DNA from: Desulfatiglandales bacterium
GTDB taxonomy: Bacteria > Desulfobacterota > DSM-4660 > Desulfatiglandales > Desulfatiglandaceae
NCBI GenBank assembly: GCA_963662465.1
Contig: OY759599.1
Coordinates: 3,776,001-3,840,000 of the forward strand
Reading direction: 5' to 3'
DNA: 64,000 bases
Below are positions 26,549-36,223 of the stretch, piece after piece. Position 1 is the first letter of the stretch. Each line of letters opens with the position of its first letter. The notes under the pieces are model-generated. The model saw only the letters and a program-made list of their open reading frames with translations, was not told the DNA's origin and searched no databases. The translations under genes were made by a program, and so were the position numbers.

Positions 26549-27985
26549 TCAATAATTAATGGCCAGACCTTTGACTTTTCGAAGCAATGTTTTGTAATCC
26601 ATTCCCAGCTTTCTAGCCACCCGGCTTTTGTTTCCATTTGATTCCTTCAAAACCGTTCCGATGATTTGTTTTTCCACGGCTTCCACATGGGCGTTGACGA
26701 TTTCCTTGAGGGATTTTCCACCATTAAGCGGCTTTCCGGAAACGGCGTTTGTATTTGTTGATGCAGAGGCAAAAAATGTTTTGTCCCCACATTGCGTGCT
26801 GAACATTAAGTGCTGTCTTTGAATGGGCACATTTTCTTCACAAAGGAGTACGGCCTGGCGGATCACGTTTCGCAGTTCTCGCACATTTCCAGGCCAATGA
26901 TAGGCATCCAGCGATAGCAAGGTTTCCTTGGAGAATCCACCGCATTTTTTGTTCAGCTCTATCTCCACCTCATCCACGAACTTCTTGGCCAGATAGGGGA
27001 TATCCTCCACTCTGTCCTTGAGAGCCGGCATTTTCAGGGAAAATTCATTTAATCGAAAGTACAGATCCGATCTGAAATTCCCCGATTTTATGTCCTTTTC
27101 CAGGGACTGGTTGGTGGCGGCAATGATTCGGACCTTCACGGGCACGGAATTTTTGCCGCCCAACCGCCTGATCATCCGTTCCTGAATCGCCCGAAGAAGT
27201 TTCTGTTGCACGGCATAGGAAAGATTTCCCACCTCGTCCAAAAAAATGGTCCCACCATGGGCCAGCTCAAAATGGCCCGGTTTGTCACTGTCCGCACCGG
27301 TAAAAGCGCCTTTCATGTAGCCGAACAGCTCGCTTTCGATGAGCGTTTCGGGAATGGCGCCGCAGTCCAGGGCCACAAAAGGGCCATCCTTTACGTGGCT
27401 CGCGTTGTGAATGGCGCGGGCAACCAGCTCTTTGCCCGTACCGCTCTCGCCTTCTATGAGAACCGTGAACAGGGTGGGCGCTACCTTTTCCACGTGACGG
27501 ACCAGTTTTTTGATGGGATCGCTGTTCCCCATCAGTTTGTAGAGGAGGGCGCGTTCATTCAGAACCGTTCTCAGATGTTCCACCTCCTGCACCAGATCCT
27601 GTTTTTCCAGGGCCCGTTTGATAGTAAACAGGAGATCGTTGTTGTCAATGGGCTTTGTAACGTAATCGTAAATGCCCATTTTCATGGCCTGGACTGCGGA
27701 ATCAACTTCCGCATAGGCCGTGATCATGACGATGGGCACCGCCGGTATTTTCCGCTTTATCTCAGCACTGACCGTTAATCCGTTCTCCCCGGGCATCCGA
27801 TAGTCCATGAGTACCAGGTTGGGGATATCCCTTTCCAGAAAGTTCAGCGCTTCATGGCCGTTCACCGCATCAATACATTGGTATCCTATGGCGCCCAGGA
27901 TATTCCCCATGGCCCATCGAAAGTCTTCGTCGTCATCCACCACCAGTATTTTGATTTTGGGTTTAATTTCCGTTTCAGCGGTCAT
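26549..27985 (-). CDS. Sigma54-dependent NtrC-family response regulator (REC-AAA+-Fis HTH), GvrA-like
   Basis: ILVVDDD, GESGTGKE, GAFTGA, FLDEVG, WPGNVRELRN, C-terminal HTH. Confidence 0.95.
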   Translation of the reverse strand: MTAETEIKPKIKILVVDDDEDFRWAMGNILGAIGYQCIDAVNGHEALNFLERDIPNLVLMDYRMPGENGLTVSAEIKRKIPAVPIVMITAYAEVDSAVQAMKMGIYDYVTKPIDNNDLLFTIKRALEKQDLVQEVEHLRTVLNERALLYKLMGNSDPIKKLVRHVEKVAPTLFTVLIEGESGTGKELVARAIHNASHVKDGPFVALDCGAIPETLIESELFGYMKGAFTGADSDKPGHFELAHGGTIFLDEVGNLSYAVQQKLLRAIQERMIRRLGGKNSVPVKVRIIAATNQSLEKDIKSGNFRSDLYFRLNEFSLKMPALKDRVEDIPYLAKKFVDEVEIELNKKCGGFSKETLLSLDAYHWPGNVRELRNVIRQAVLLCEENVPIQRQHLMFSTQCGDKTFFASASTNTNAVSGKPLNGGKSLKEIVNAHVEAVEKQIIGTVLKESNGNKSRVARKLGMDYKTLLRKVKGLAINY

Positions 27986-28079
27986 AGCGATGCTCGGTTG
28001 TTTTGTCCTGTTTTACCATGAAAATACAGCCATTAGCTGTTAGCCGTTAGCTTAAAAGCGGTAGATGTTATTTTCATGT

Positions 28080-29615
28080 TTAGGGGTGAATCCCGCGTAA
28101 TTCATGAGTGTTTACCGGTAGTTTTACAGTGATTCGGGTCCCCCCCTGTTCTCCGCATTCCACAGTGATGTTTCCATGGTGTTGTTCCACGATGGCGTGG
28201 CAAATGCTGAGACCCAGACCCGTGCCGCCATCCTTGGTGGTAAAAAACGGGTCAAATATCCGCTGTCGGTACTCCCGGGGGATCCCCGGGCCATCGTCCG
28301 CAACGCTGATTTCCAGCATTTGATCCCCTGTGGGGGCCACCCTGGTTTCAAGGCTAATGGTTCCTTTTCCGGGCAGGGCCTGAATGGCATTTTGGATCAG
28401 ATTAAGGCAGATCTGCCCCAGTTTTTCCTCATCGCCCGGGATCTCGGGCAGCCCCTCTTCAAGCCGCTTTACAAAGGTAATACGGGAAGAATCCACCTCC
28501 AGTTCAGCCATACGCAGCATTCTTTCAAACAGTGGGTTCAGGTCCACGGATTTCAAGTTAAGGCGGTCCGGTCGGGCAAAGGCCAGCAATTCGCTGATAA
28601 GCTTGCCGGCCCGCTGACTGTTTCGATGAATGACCTGGAAATTTTCAGCGACCAGCCCTTCAGGGTTCATGTTTTCCATACAGAACTGGGCACATGAGCT
28701 GATGACCGCCAGTGGATTCCTGAGTTCGTGAGCAAGTCCCGCTGAAAGTTGTCCCAGGGAAGACATTTTTTCCGACCGGATCAGCATCTCTTCCATGCGT
28801 TTCTGTTGCGAGATATCCCGAAGAAAATTGAAGGTAGCCGGTCTGTCCTGCCATGTGGTGGCCACTGTCTGGCACACCACCCATAGAAAAGAACCGTCCT
28901 TTTTCCGTATTCTGAATTTGTTTTCGGTGGGCAAATGCTTCCCTGCCATTCGCTGACGGTATCGTTTTAGGGCTTCGGTACGATCATCGGGATGAAGCAG
29001 GGTTGAGAGGGGCGTATCCAGAATTTCGTCTCGGGAAAAACCCGTCAGTTCCACTCCCCTTTTATTGACAAACTTCAAGAGACCATTTTGAAGGACCACG
29101 ATGGCATCCGTGGAGTTGTTGACGATATTTTTATACTTGATCTGGGATTCCCTCAACCGAAAGGTTTTTTCCTTGAAGTCCCGTTCCAACTCAACAATAC
29201 GGTTTCTCAGTTCCTTCAGAACGGAGGTGTTTCTTAATGTCTGCTCCCTGTTGTTCAGTGCCCGTTGAACCGTCAGTTTGAGTTCCATCATATCGAAGGG
29301 TTTTATCAGGTAATCAATGGCGCCGTAGCGAAAAAATACCTTTTTGAGACCTCCCAGTTCAATGTTCCCGGTAATCATGATCACTTGAATATAGTGATCA
29401 ATTGCCTTGATCTGCTTGAGTGCTTCCACACCGCCCATTTTCGGCATGGCCACATCCAGGATGGCCACGTCGATGGGGTGCTTTTGGGTAAGCGCTACCG
29501 CCTCTTCGCCATCGCATGCGAAAAACAGGCTGTAGGCATCGTTTCGAAGCAGCTTTTCAAGCATTTTTCGAATACTCGGTTCGTCGTCGGCGATCAGGAT
29601 GTTTTTTTCAGCCAT
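28080..29615 (-). CDS. Soluble hybrid histidine kinase REC-PAS-HisKA-HATPase
   Basis: ILIADDE...LDVAMPKMGG; PAS (LLHPDDR...RKKDGSFLWV); AHELRNPL; GGTGLGL; no TM segment. Start at MAEKNI (ORF track start 29630). Confidence 0.92.
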   Translation of the reverse strand: MAEKNILIADDEPSIRKMLEKLLRNDAYSLFFACDGEEAVALTQKHPIDVAILDVAMPKMGGVEALKQIKAIDHYIQVIMITGNIELGGLKKVFFRYGAIDYLIKPFDMMELKLTVQRALNNREQTLRNTSVLKELRNRIVELERDFKEKTFRLRESQIKYKNIVNNSTDAIVVLQNGLLKFVNKRGVELTGFSRDEILDTPLSTLLHPDDRTEALKRYRQRMAGKHLPTENKFRIRKKDGSFLWVVCQTVATTWQDRPATFNFLRDISQQKRMEEMLIRSEKMSSLGQLSAGLAHELRNPLAVISSCAQFCMENMNPEGLVAENFQVIHRNSQRAGKLISELLAFARPDRLNLKSVDLNPLFERMLRMAELEVDSSRITFVKRLEEGLPEIPGDEEKLGQICLNLIQNAIQALPGKGTISLETRVAPTGDQMLEISVADDGPGIPREYRQRIFDPFFTTKDGGTGLGLSICHAIVEQHHGNITVECGEQGGTRITVKLPVNTHELRGIHP

Positions 29616-29800
29616 GGAGATTTTTTTCAAGAAATTGGGTTCAGGTCCGTCGACGCCCGTTCGGGCACAAGGGAAAACCGAGGTTTAAATTTTAATAACT
29701 TGCCCTGCAAAATGGCTGCAACATGCTGGAATAGCAGATTTAGTCAGCTTTTCGAGAGGACCAGGAAATAAAGAATGCTACTCCAGTTTTGTCGAGGATG

Positions 29801-30475
29801 TCAAGAAGAGATGTGCGAGACCATATAGTCGGACAATATTGCCTGTTTTTCCCGCAGCCCTGGCGTGTACAGGGTTTTGAAATAATCCCGCACCTTTTTG
29901 ATTTCTTTGAGTTCCAAAACATCTATGTCGTCTTCAAGATAAGACTTCACTCGATGGAAAGCCCCCATAAACAGAACGCCGCGACGTTCCAGGGTTTTGT
30001 TGATGCTTTCAGCCGTAAAGCGATCCCGATCCGCCATTAAGCGATCGCCGGTGAGACGCTTCCGAAAGGTTGACATTTCTGCTTTCCCATGGGAATTTTC
30101 CCGGGAAAGTTGGCGTGTTCGTTGGAGTTCCTGTTGAAGTAGCGCAAGGTCTTCGGTTTTTTTGATGATGCCGCCCCGGTTCATCAAGTCAAGGACAATC
30201 CGGTAATTGATACTTCCCCTTTTCACGCCTTCCCGGATAATTCTGTGGGCGAGTTCCCCGCCCACGGGAAGGCCGTCCTGAAATATTTCCAGACCATTGG
30301 CATCCATTTTAGCAAAATAGTCGGAGATTCGATCCCAGAACAATGCCACGGTTTTTTGGTGGTTTTGCCATTTACTTTCCCCGCATATTTCAAGTCCTTT
30401 TTCATTGGCAACGGCTGCCAGGCTTCCCAGGTCCGCTTCCTCGTGAATGATCGGAACATAAATCAAGCTTCTCAT
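29801..30475 (-). CDS. Hypothetical protein with TraB/Tiki-like motifs
   Basis: GGAG RBS then MRSLIYVPIIHEEADLGS...FQDGLP...RDRFTAESI...LFMGAFH. Confidence 0.7.
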   Translation of the reverse strand: MRSLIYVPIIHEEADLGSLAAVANEKGLEICGESKWQNHQKTVALFWDRISDYFAKMDANGLEIFQDGLPVGGELAHRIIREGVKRGSINYRIVLDLMNRGGIIKKTEDLALLQQELQRTRQLSRENSHGKAEMSTFRKRLTGDRLMADRDRFTAESINKTLERRGVLFMGAFHRVKSYLEDDIDVLELKEIKKVRDYFKTLYTPGLREKQAILSDYMVSHISS

Positions 30476-30532
30476 GGAGCGAATCTCCTTTTGATCAAGG
30501 GTCGGATGCAGGCAGCCGTAAACATTCGTCAA

Positions 30533-31621
30533 TCAATGCTTGCCCGTTGGCATTTTTATTTCCAGCATGCCATTCTTATAGGACCAAGTCATCTGATCGG
30601 CAGTTGCTTCGCGGGAAAGAAGAATTTCTTTCTGGTATTTTCGGTTGAGCCCGTCAGCAGTAATATTCAGGATGTCTCCCTTGATTTCGATGTGGACATC
30701 CTTTTCATCGATCCCGGGCATTTCAGCCACCACATTGATTTCTTCCGGTTCATCAAAGACGTCGATGATGGGTTCGCGCATCTCTTCCACCACCGGGCCC
30801 TTGGGTGTCTTTTTAATCGTCTTCTTAATATTCCCGAAAGGCTGAACCGATGGCCTGCCGTTCGCCATGGTGCCCACCCGGACACCGTAAACACCTTTCA
30901 GATCCTGGAGTCCCTTGATTTTATCAAGGCCACTGAAATCAAATTCTCCCGATTTAGATAATCCTTCGCCCTTTTCCGCCAGTTTTGACGCCGCTTCAAT
31001 CAAGTCTCCCAGCCCTTTAAAAAGGCCGCCAAGTCCAAAGCCCGCATCCACTTTTTTTTCATCCATGTCCGTTCCCTCCTGCTTAGTGTCTGTTTGTTGC
31101 TTATGGGTTATTTCCCAAACCCCTTCTTTTTCCGCACAGTTCAGATCGTTTGCTTCAAGAATCGCTTTGAGTCCCTTGACAAGTCCATATCCGGCCAAAC
31201 TTGAAAGAACTGGGACAGCGCTCACGACGGATGTGGATAGGTCCAATGATGCGCTCGCGATGGTTCCCAGCCCGGCCAGAATGCCCGAAGGCGTAAGGGC
31301 CTTCATCATATGGGTATTGATGTCATTAGCAAAATCATCAGCGTTTTCCCCGATTTCAGTCATGAACAGCGCGAATCGACCCCTGTCTAATTGAGAAAGT
31401 TCTCGAAATTTGGATAGACCGATCAGTTGAATGGCTTTGAGTCGATTTAAAAGGTCTTCCGACGGGATGCTTTGTCCCGCTTCGATCCTCATGACCGTGC
31501 TTCTCGATACGCCGAGTGTTTTGGCCAGGTCCGCCATGGACATGCTCCCGAACCGCTGCCGTATTTCTTTCAGGGTTATGCCACAGTTGTCACGCGTTAC
31601 CTTTTGGGGCATTTCTTTCAT
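30533..31621 (-). CDS. XRE-type HTH domain fused in frame to an archaeal-type Hsp20 (GvpH-like), with a probable internal start at 31066
   Basis: N-terminal LKEIRQR...MADLAKTLGVSRSTVMRIEAG; C-terminal REPIIDVFDE...AEMPGI...YKNGMLEIK; GGAGGG 7 nt before the internal ATG at 31066. Confidence 0.8.
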   Translation of the reverse strand: MKEMPQKVTRDNCGITLKEIRQRFGSMSMADLAKTLGVSRSTVMRIEAGQSIPSEDLLNRLKAIQLIGLSKFRELSQLDRGRFALFMTEIGENADDFANDINTHMMKALTPSGILAGLGTIASASLDLSTSVVSAVPVLSSLAGYGLVKGLKAILEANDLNCAEKEGVWEITHKQQTDTKQEGTDMDEKKVDAGFGLGGLFKGLGDLIEAASKLAEKGEGLSKSGEFDFSGLDKIKGLQDLKGVYGVRVGTMANGRPSVQPFGNIKKTIKKTPKGPVVEEMREPIIDVFDEPEEINVVAEMPGIDEKDVHIEIKGDILNITADGLNRKYQKEILLSREATADQMTWSYKNGMLEIKMPTGKH

Positions 31622-31770
31622 GGTGCGAGTCCCTTCTCCGCGCCTTGTGTTGCAATACGTTGCATGTTGTTCCGATTGAATCCAAAAGTAACCATTCGGA
31701 AACGTGTGTCAACTTTTTTTCCTGAATTGTAACTCTGGTTTCAATGCGCTAAAGGTTGATTGCAGATTAA

Positions 31771-31901
31771 CGTGAAATCGCGCTTTGAGACTGTTTCGGT
31801 TCGGGCTGTAGGTGCAACTTTAGTTGCACAGGGTAGGCTTAATGTGCGACTAAAGTCGCACCTACAATCGGCTCAGAAGCCAAATCTCACGCGAATTTAC
31901 G
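31771..31901. repeat. Inverted REP doublet (REPIN/BIME-like)
   Basis: GTAGGTGCAACTTTAGTTGCAC (31808-31829) and GTGCGACTAAAGTCGCACCTAC (31844-31865) in inverted orientation, with imperfect outer inverted arms. Confidence 0.75.
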
Positions 31902-32060
31902 ATGAGTCAAATGAAAGAAAGAATGCCGCTGGAACGGATTAATGTAGCTTTTGATGATCCGGATATAAAGTGGAGCAAGATGGTCATGGCGGACGCCATT
32001 GTAAAACTACCAACGTGGAAGAAATGTATGGCAAAAATGAGACAAGGGGATGTTAATCCA

Positions 32061-33698
32061 TCACCCCTCCTTCCGACGTTCCTCCTCGCTTCGAATCTCG
32101 CGCCGGAGCAATTTCCCCACCTTGCTTGTGGGGAGCATATCCCGAAACTCGATATGCTGGGGCACCTTGTATCCGGCCAGCCGTTTGCGGCACCACTTAA
32201 TAAGATCGTATCCGGTGACGCCCTTCACATCCTCCTTGAGAACCACGAAAGCCTTGATGCGTTCTCCCACCTTTTCGTCGGGGATGCCCACCACGCAGGC
32301 GCCGACGACCGCCTGGTTTTCCTGCAAGACCCCTTCGATTTCGGAAGAGGACACCCGGTAACCTTTATGCTTGATGGTGTCGACCGTGCGGTCCACGAAA
32401 TAATACTGACCTTTCTCGTCAATAGTCAAGACATCGGCTGTCCGGTAATAGAGCAGATTGTCGATTTCCACAAAGGCTTCTTTGGTTTCCTCCGGTTTGT
32501 TCCAGTAGGCCCTGACCATGCGGTCCGAATGCACCAAGGCCTCGCCCTGCTCACCCGGGGCAACGGGTTCCAGGGTAGCGGGATCTACCAGCTTGACGGT
32601 TTTGCTGGGCACCACCCTGCCGATGCTCTTGGGGGGATTGTCTTCATCGGTATGGCACATGGTAACCCCGCCGCAGGTTTCGGTGGCCCCATACCCCTGG
32701 TAGATGGGACGATCAAACTTTTCATGCCACCGTCTGCTGATTTCTTCCGGCAGAACGTCGCCTCCGTTGAAAGCGTACCGAAGGGAAGAGAGATCATAAA
32801 AATCGATGCGGTTATGATCCAGGATCATGCGGTAGAGGGTGGGAACCCCGATGAGCGTTTTGGCCTTGTGCCGATGAATGGCGTCAAAAATGGCGTCCAG
32901 ATTGACTTTCGGCATCAGAATAATGGCCCCGCCCACCAGAAGGGTACTTAGGGAACAGGTCTGCCCCAGGATATGAAAGAGCGGCGCGGACCCTAAGACC
33001 ACATTTTCCTCGGGTTTAAAAAGAGGATCACAGACGGAAATCTGTTCGCCTGCCGACTCCAGATACAGACCGTGGGAGATGGGAACCCCTTTCGGAAATT
33101 TGGTGGTGCCGCCGGTGTAGATGATTTCCACCGTATCCGTTCCTTTCCGGTTCAGGGACGGCAAAGTCTTGGCGTTCCCCTTGACCATATCCCCGAACCA
33201 GAGGGTATCGTCTTCCCGGGAGACCTTCCCCTTGGGCACCCGGTCGAAGGTCCAGCCGAAGAGTTTTTTCCATCCCGGCAAGAGATCCGTAAGTTTAATG
33301 GCAATGGCTTTTTTGAGATCGGTTTCGGGAATGGCCTGTTTCACATAACCGAAATTGGTATCGGAGCAAACGATGTGTTTTGCTCCGGAATCATTGGCAA
33401 TATAGACCAGGTCATGTTTCGTATAGATGGGCGTGATAGGAACCACCACAGCCCCGGCTCGCTGGATGCCCAGCCAGGCCACCACCCAGTGAACGCTGTT
33501 GGGCACATATAGGATGATACGCTCCCCTTCTTCCACACCGACTGCTTTAAGTGAAGCGGCGAAATTTTCGGCAAAATTTAGAATGGCTTTGTAAGAAAAG
33601 CGGGTGCCCAGATAAATGATGGCCGTTTTGTTGGCGTTTTTATTGGCAGCCGAAGCAAAGGCGTCAAAGATATTTCCGTCGGGGTTCAGTGAGGTCAT
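32061..33698 (-). CDS. AMP-dependent acyl-CoA ligase
   Basis: YTGGTTKFPKG, QGYGATE, YRTAD, LPTSKVGK. Confidence 0.92.
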   Translation of the reverse strand: MTSLNPDGNIFDAFASAANKNANKTAIIYLGTRFSYKAILNFAENFAASLKAVGVEEGERIILYVPNSVHWVVAWLGIQRAGAVVVPITPIYTKHDLVYIANDSGAKHIVCSDTNFGYVKQAIPETDLKKAIAIKLTDLLPGWKKLFGWTFDRVPKGKVSREDDTLWFGDMVKGNAKTLPSLNRKGTDTVEIIYTGGTTKFPKGVPISHGLYLESAGEQISVCDPLFKPEENVVLGSAPLFHILGQTCSLSTLLVGGAIILMPKVNLDAIFDAIHRHKAKTLIGVPTLYRMILDHNRIDFYDLSSLRYAFNGGDVLPEEISRRWHEKFDRPIYQGYGATETCGGVTMCHTDEDNPPKSIGRVVPSKTVKLVDPATLEPVAPGEQGEALVHSDRMVRAYWNKPEETKEAFVEIDNLLYYRTADVLTIDEKGQYYFVDRTVDTIKHKGYRVSSSEIEGVLQENQAVVGACVVGIPDEKVGERIKAFVVLKEDVKGVTGYDLIKWCRKRLAGYKVPQHIEFRDMLPTSKVGKLLRREIRSEEERRKEG

Positions 33699-33700
33699 GG

Positions 33701-34447
33701 TTAAATCCCAAAATAGGCGGCTTTGACTTCCGGGTTATCCATCAGTTCGGCGCCTGTGCCGGTTAATGTCAACATGCCGTTTTCAATGATGTAGCCGAAA
33801 TCAATCATGGGGAGCACGGGCCGGGCAAACTGCTCGCTGATAATCACGGTAATCCCCGATTTCGCTTTCAAGCCCTTGATAGCGTCCACCAGCACGTGCT
33901 GCATCATGGGGCTCAGGCCCAGGAGGGGTTCGTCCAACAACAGTAGTTGCGGTCGGGGCGCCAGGGCCATACCCACGGCCAGCATCTGTTGCTCGCCGCC
34001 GCTCATGAACCCCGCTTTCCGGGATTTTAAAGGAACCAGCGCCGGAAACAGCTCAAACACCTCCGAAATGTTTTTCCGGATTTCCGATTTTGTACGCAGA
34101 TACCCCGCCATTCGAAGATTCTGGAGAACATCGCTTTCAGGGAAAATAGGGTGGCGCTCGCGGCAGAGGACAATCCCCTTTCTGACCCTTTCGCTGGGCC
34201 GGGTGTCGGTGATATCCTCCCCTTTGAAGAAAACCTTTCCATAGACCGTAATCCGTTCGCCCCCCCGGCGTTTTTCCTTGATCCGCATATCGATGATAAG
34301 CCCAGACAGGGTGTTCATCAAGGTGGTTTTCCCGGCGCTGTTGCTCCCGATGACCCCCACCACCTGCCCCTCGCGCACTTCCATGCTGAAATCATTTAAG
34401 GCCAGGGCGTTTTCAAAAAAGACCATCAGGTTTTGAACGTCAAGCAT
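33701..34447 (-). CDS. HAAT ABC transporter ATPase (LivF-like)
   Basis: GSNSAGKTT, MSGGEQQM, LLDEP. Confidence 0.9.
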   Translation of the reverse strand: MLDVQNLMVFFENALALNDFSMEVREGQVVGVIGSNSAGKTTLMNTLSGLIIDMRIKEKRRGGERITVYGKVFFKGEDITDTRPSERVRKGIVLCRERHPIFPESDVLQNLRMAGYLRTKSEIRKNISEVFELFPALVPLKSRKAGFMSGGEQQMLAVGMALAPRPQLLLLDEPLLGLSPMMQHVLVDAIKGLKAKSGITVIISEQFARPVLPMIDFGYIIENGMLTLTGTGAELMDNPEVKAAYFGI

Positions 34448-34458
34448 GGTTTTCCCTT

Positions 34459-35217
34459 TCACTCCGCTTCGCTGCCCAGATAGGCTTCCTTTACGTCCGG
34501 GCTTTCCATGACATCCTTCGCCTGGCCCTCGGCAATCTTTCGACCATAGTTCAGCACCATCACCCGGTCGGCGATGCGGAACAGTTCTTTTAAGCGATGT
34601 TCAATCATGATAATGGTTTTGCCCTGGTGTTTGAGTTTCTCGATAATAGGCACGATACTGGAGACTTCCGCCAGACTCAGGCCTGAAAACAGCTCATCCA
34701 AAATGATCAGATCCGGCCTAAGGGCCATTGATTTGGCCAGTTCCAGTCTTTTCAAATACCCTTGGGGAAGTGCGCCCGCTTTTTTGTAGCTCACATGGGC
34801 GTCCCGTTCAAAGCCCACTTCTTCCAGCAGGTCCAGGGCCACCGCGTCCCGATTCCCGTACTTTCCCCCGGCCAGTTTTTTGACCCGGGGGGAGTAGAGT
34901 GGGACGATGAGGTTCTTGTAGGCCGGCAGTTGGTAAAAGGGGCGGACCATCTGGAAGGTTCTGGAAATCCCCTGGCTCACCACATTGTAGGGAGGCCACC
35001 CGGTAATGTCTTTCCCCCGGAATTCAATGTTGCCCGCCGTCGGCTTCACAAACCCGGTGATGAGGTTTACCAGGGTGGTTTTCCCGCTGCCGTTGGGACC
35101 AATCACCCCCAGAAGCTTTCCTTCCTGAAGATCGAAACTCATGTTCGAAACGGCGGTGACGCCACCGAAGGTTTTGGTCAGTCCTGATACCCTGAGCAAG
35201 GGCGCCGAAGCTGTCAT
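34459..35217 (-). CDS. HAAT ABC transporter ATPase (LivG-like)
   Basis: GPNGSGKTT, SRTFQ, ILDE, IEH. Start MTASAP at 35217 overlaps the upstream permease stop. Confidence 0.9.
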   Translation of the reverse strand: MTASAPLLRVSGLTKTFGGVTAVSNMSFDLQEGKLLGVIGPNGSGKTTLVNLITGFVKPTAGNIEFRGKDITGWPPYNVVSQGISRTFQMVRPFYQLPAYKNLIVPLYSPRVKKLAGGKYGNRDAVALDLLEEVGFERDAHVSYKKAGALPQGYLKRLELAKSMALRPDLIILDELFSGLSLAEVSSIVPIIEKLKHQGKTIIMIEHRLKELFRIADRVMVLNYGRKIAEGQAKDVMESPDVKEAYLGSEAE

Positions 35218-36215
35218 GATACGTCCACCCATCTTTCCACCTGCTGATATTTTCGCTGAATATAAGCAAAGATCCCCTCGGGCATCCCCACCACGAAGAC
35301 CACCAGGAACAGTCCATAGAAAACCATCCTGAGCGCCCCCAGGGCCCTTAGCATTTCCGAGAGGGGTACCAGGATAAAGGCCCCGATCAGGGGGCCTGCG
35401 AAGGTACCGACGCCCCCCACCACGGCGGCCGCCACCGGCATGATGGAGTAATCCAGGGCAAATCCGGGCATACCCGCAAACATGTCCATGTGAGTGCCGA
35501 AGGCCCCCGCGAAACATCCTACGGATGCGCCCAGAAAGAGGACCTGGGCCTTGTACCAGTAGATGTTGAGCCCTGCGCTCATGACGGACCGGTCATTGTC
35601 GCTGATCCCCTTGACCACCAGGCCGTAATCGCTTCCCATAATCCGCCGGAATCCAAAGAGGGTTGCCAGAAGCGCCAGTTGAATGATAAAGAGCGCCGTC
35701 AACTGGTTGGGAAAAGGGGTCAGTCCCGTGAGCCCTTCCGTACCCCCTAAAATGCGCGTGGCCTCCACCAGCCGGCTCAGCATGAGGGGCACCACGAGGG
35801 TCACCATGGCAAAATAGATGCCGCGCAACCGCAACACGGGCAGCAACAATACCGTGCAGAGCAATCCCCCCCCGATGGTGGCAATGGGCATGGTCAAAAT
35901 GGGCGGCAATCCCCCGTAATAGTTGAGGGAACCCGCAAGATATGACCCGATCCCGAAAAAGAGGGACTGCCCCAGGGAAAGGAGACCCACGCACATGAGC
36001 ATATCCCAGCTTATGGCCAGAAGGGCATAGATGGCCGTTGAGATAATCACTTCCCGCCAGTAATCGCTGAGCATGGGCGAAAAGCAGATGAGGGCCACCA
36101 CGGGAATGGCCCCGGGAATCATTAAATACAACATCTCCCGGTAGCTTGTGAGGGCGAATATGTCCGCCGAGCGGGCTTTAACGCCGCGATCGATTCGTTC
36201 CTTACGCCGTTCCAT
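35214..36215 (-). CDS. HAAT ABC transporter permease (LivM-like)
   Basis: Multi-TM; SLGQSLFFGIG, LRLRGIYFAMVTL, VVGGVGTFAGPLIGA. Confidence 0.9.
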   Translation of the reverse strand: MERRKERIDRGVKARSADIFALTSYREMLYLMIPGAIPVVALICFSPMLSDYWREVIISTAIYALLAISWDMLMCVGLLSLGQSLFFGIGSYLAGSLNYYGGLPPILTMPIATIGGGLLCTVLLLPVLRLRGIYFAMVTLVVPLMLSRLVEATRILGGTEGLTGLTPFPNQLTALFIIQLALLATLFGFRRIMGSDYGLVVKGISDNDRSVMSAGLNIYWYKAQVLFLGASVGCFAGAFGTHMDMFAGMPGFALDYSIMPVAAAVVGGVGTFAGPLIGAFILVPLSEMLRALGALRMVFYGLFLVVFVVGMPEGIFAYIQRKYQQVERWVDVS

Positions 36216-36223
36216 GTTTTTCT

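Noticed and set aside
31902..32951. 349-aa plus-strand ORF
   Set aside because: Antisense shadow of the acyl-CoA ligase with no motifs; the same applies to 21898..23025, 4380..5150 and most other overlapping ORFs in the track.
34459..35517. Extended 352-aa form of the LivG-like ATPase
   Set aside because: The extra N-terminal 100 codons overlap the permease gene; the start at 35217 fits translational coupling.
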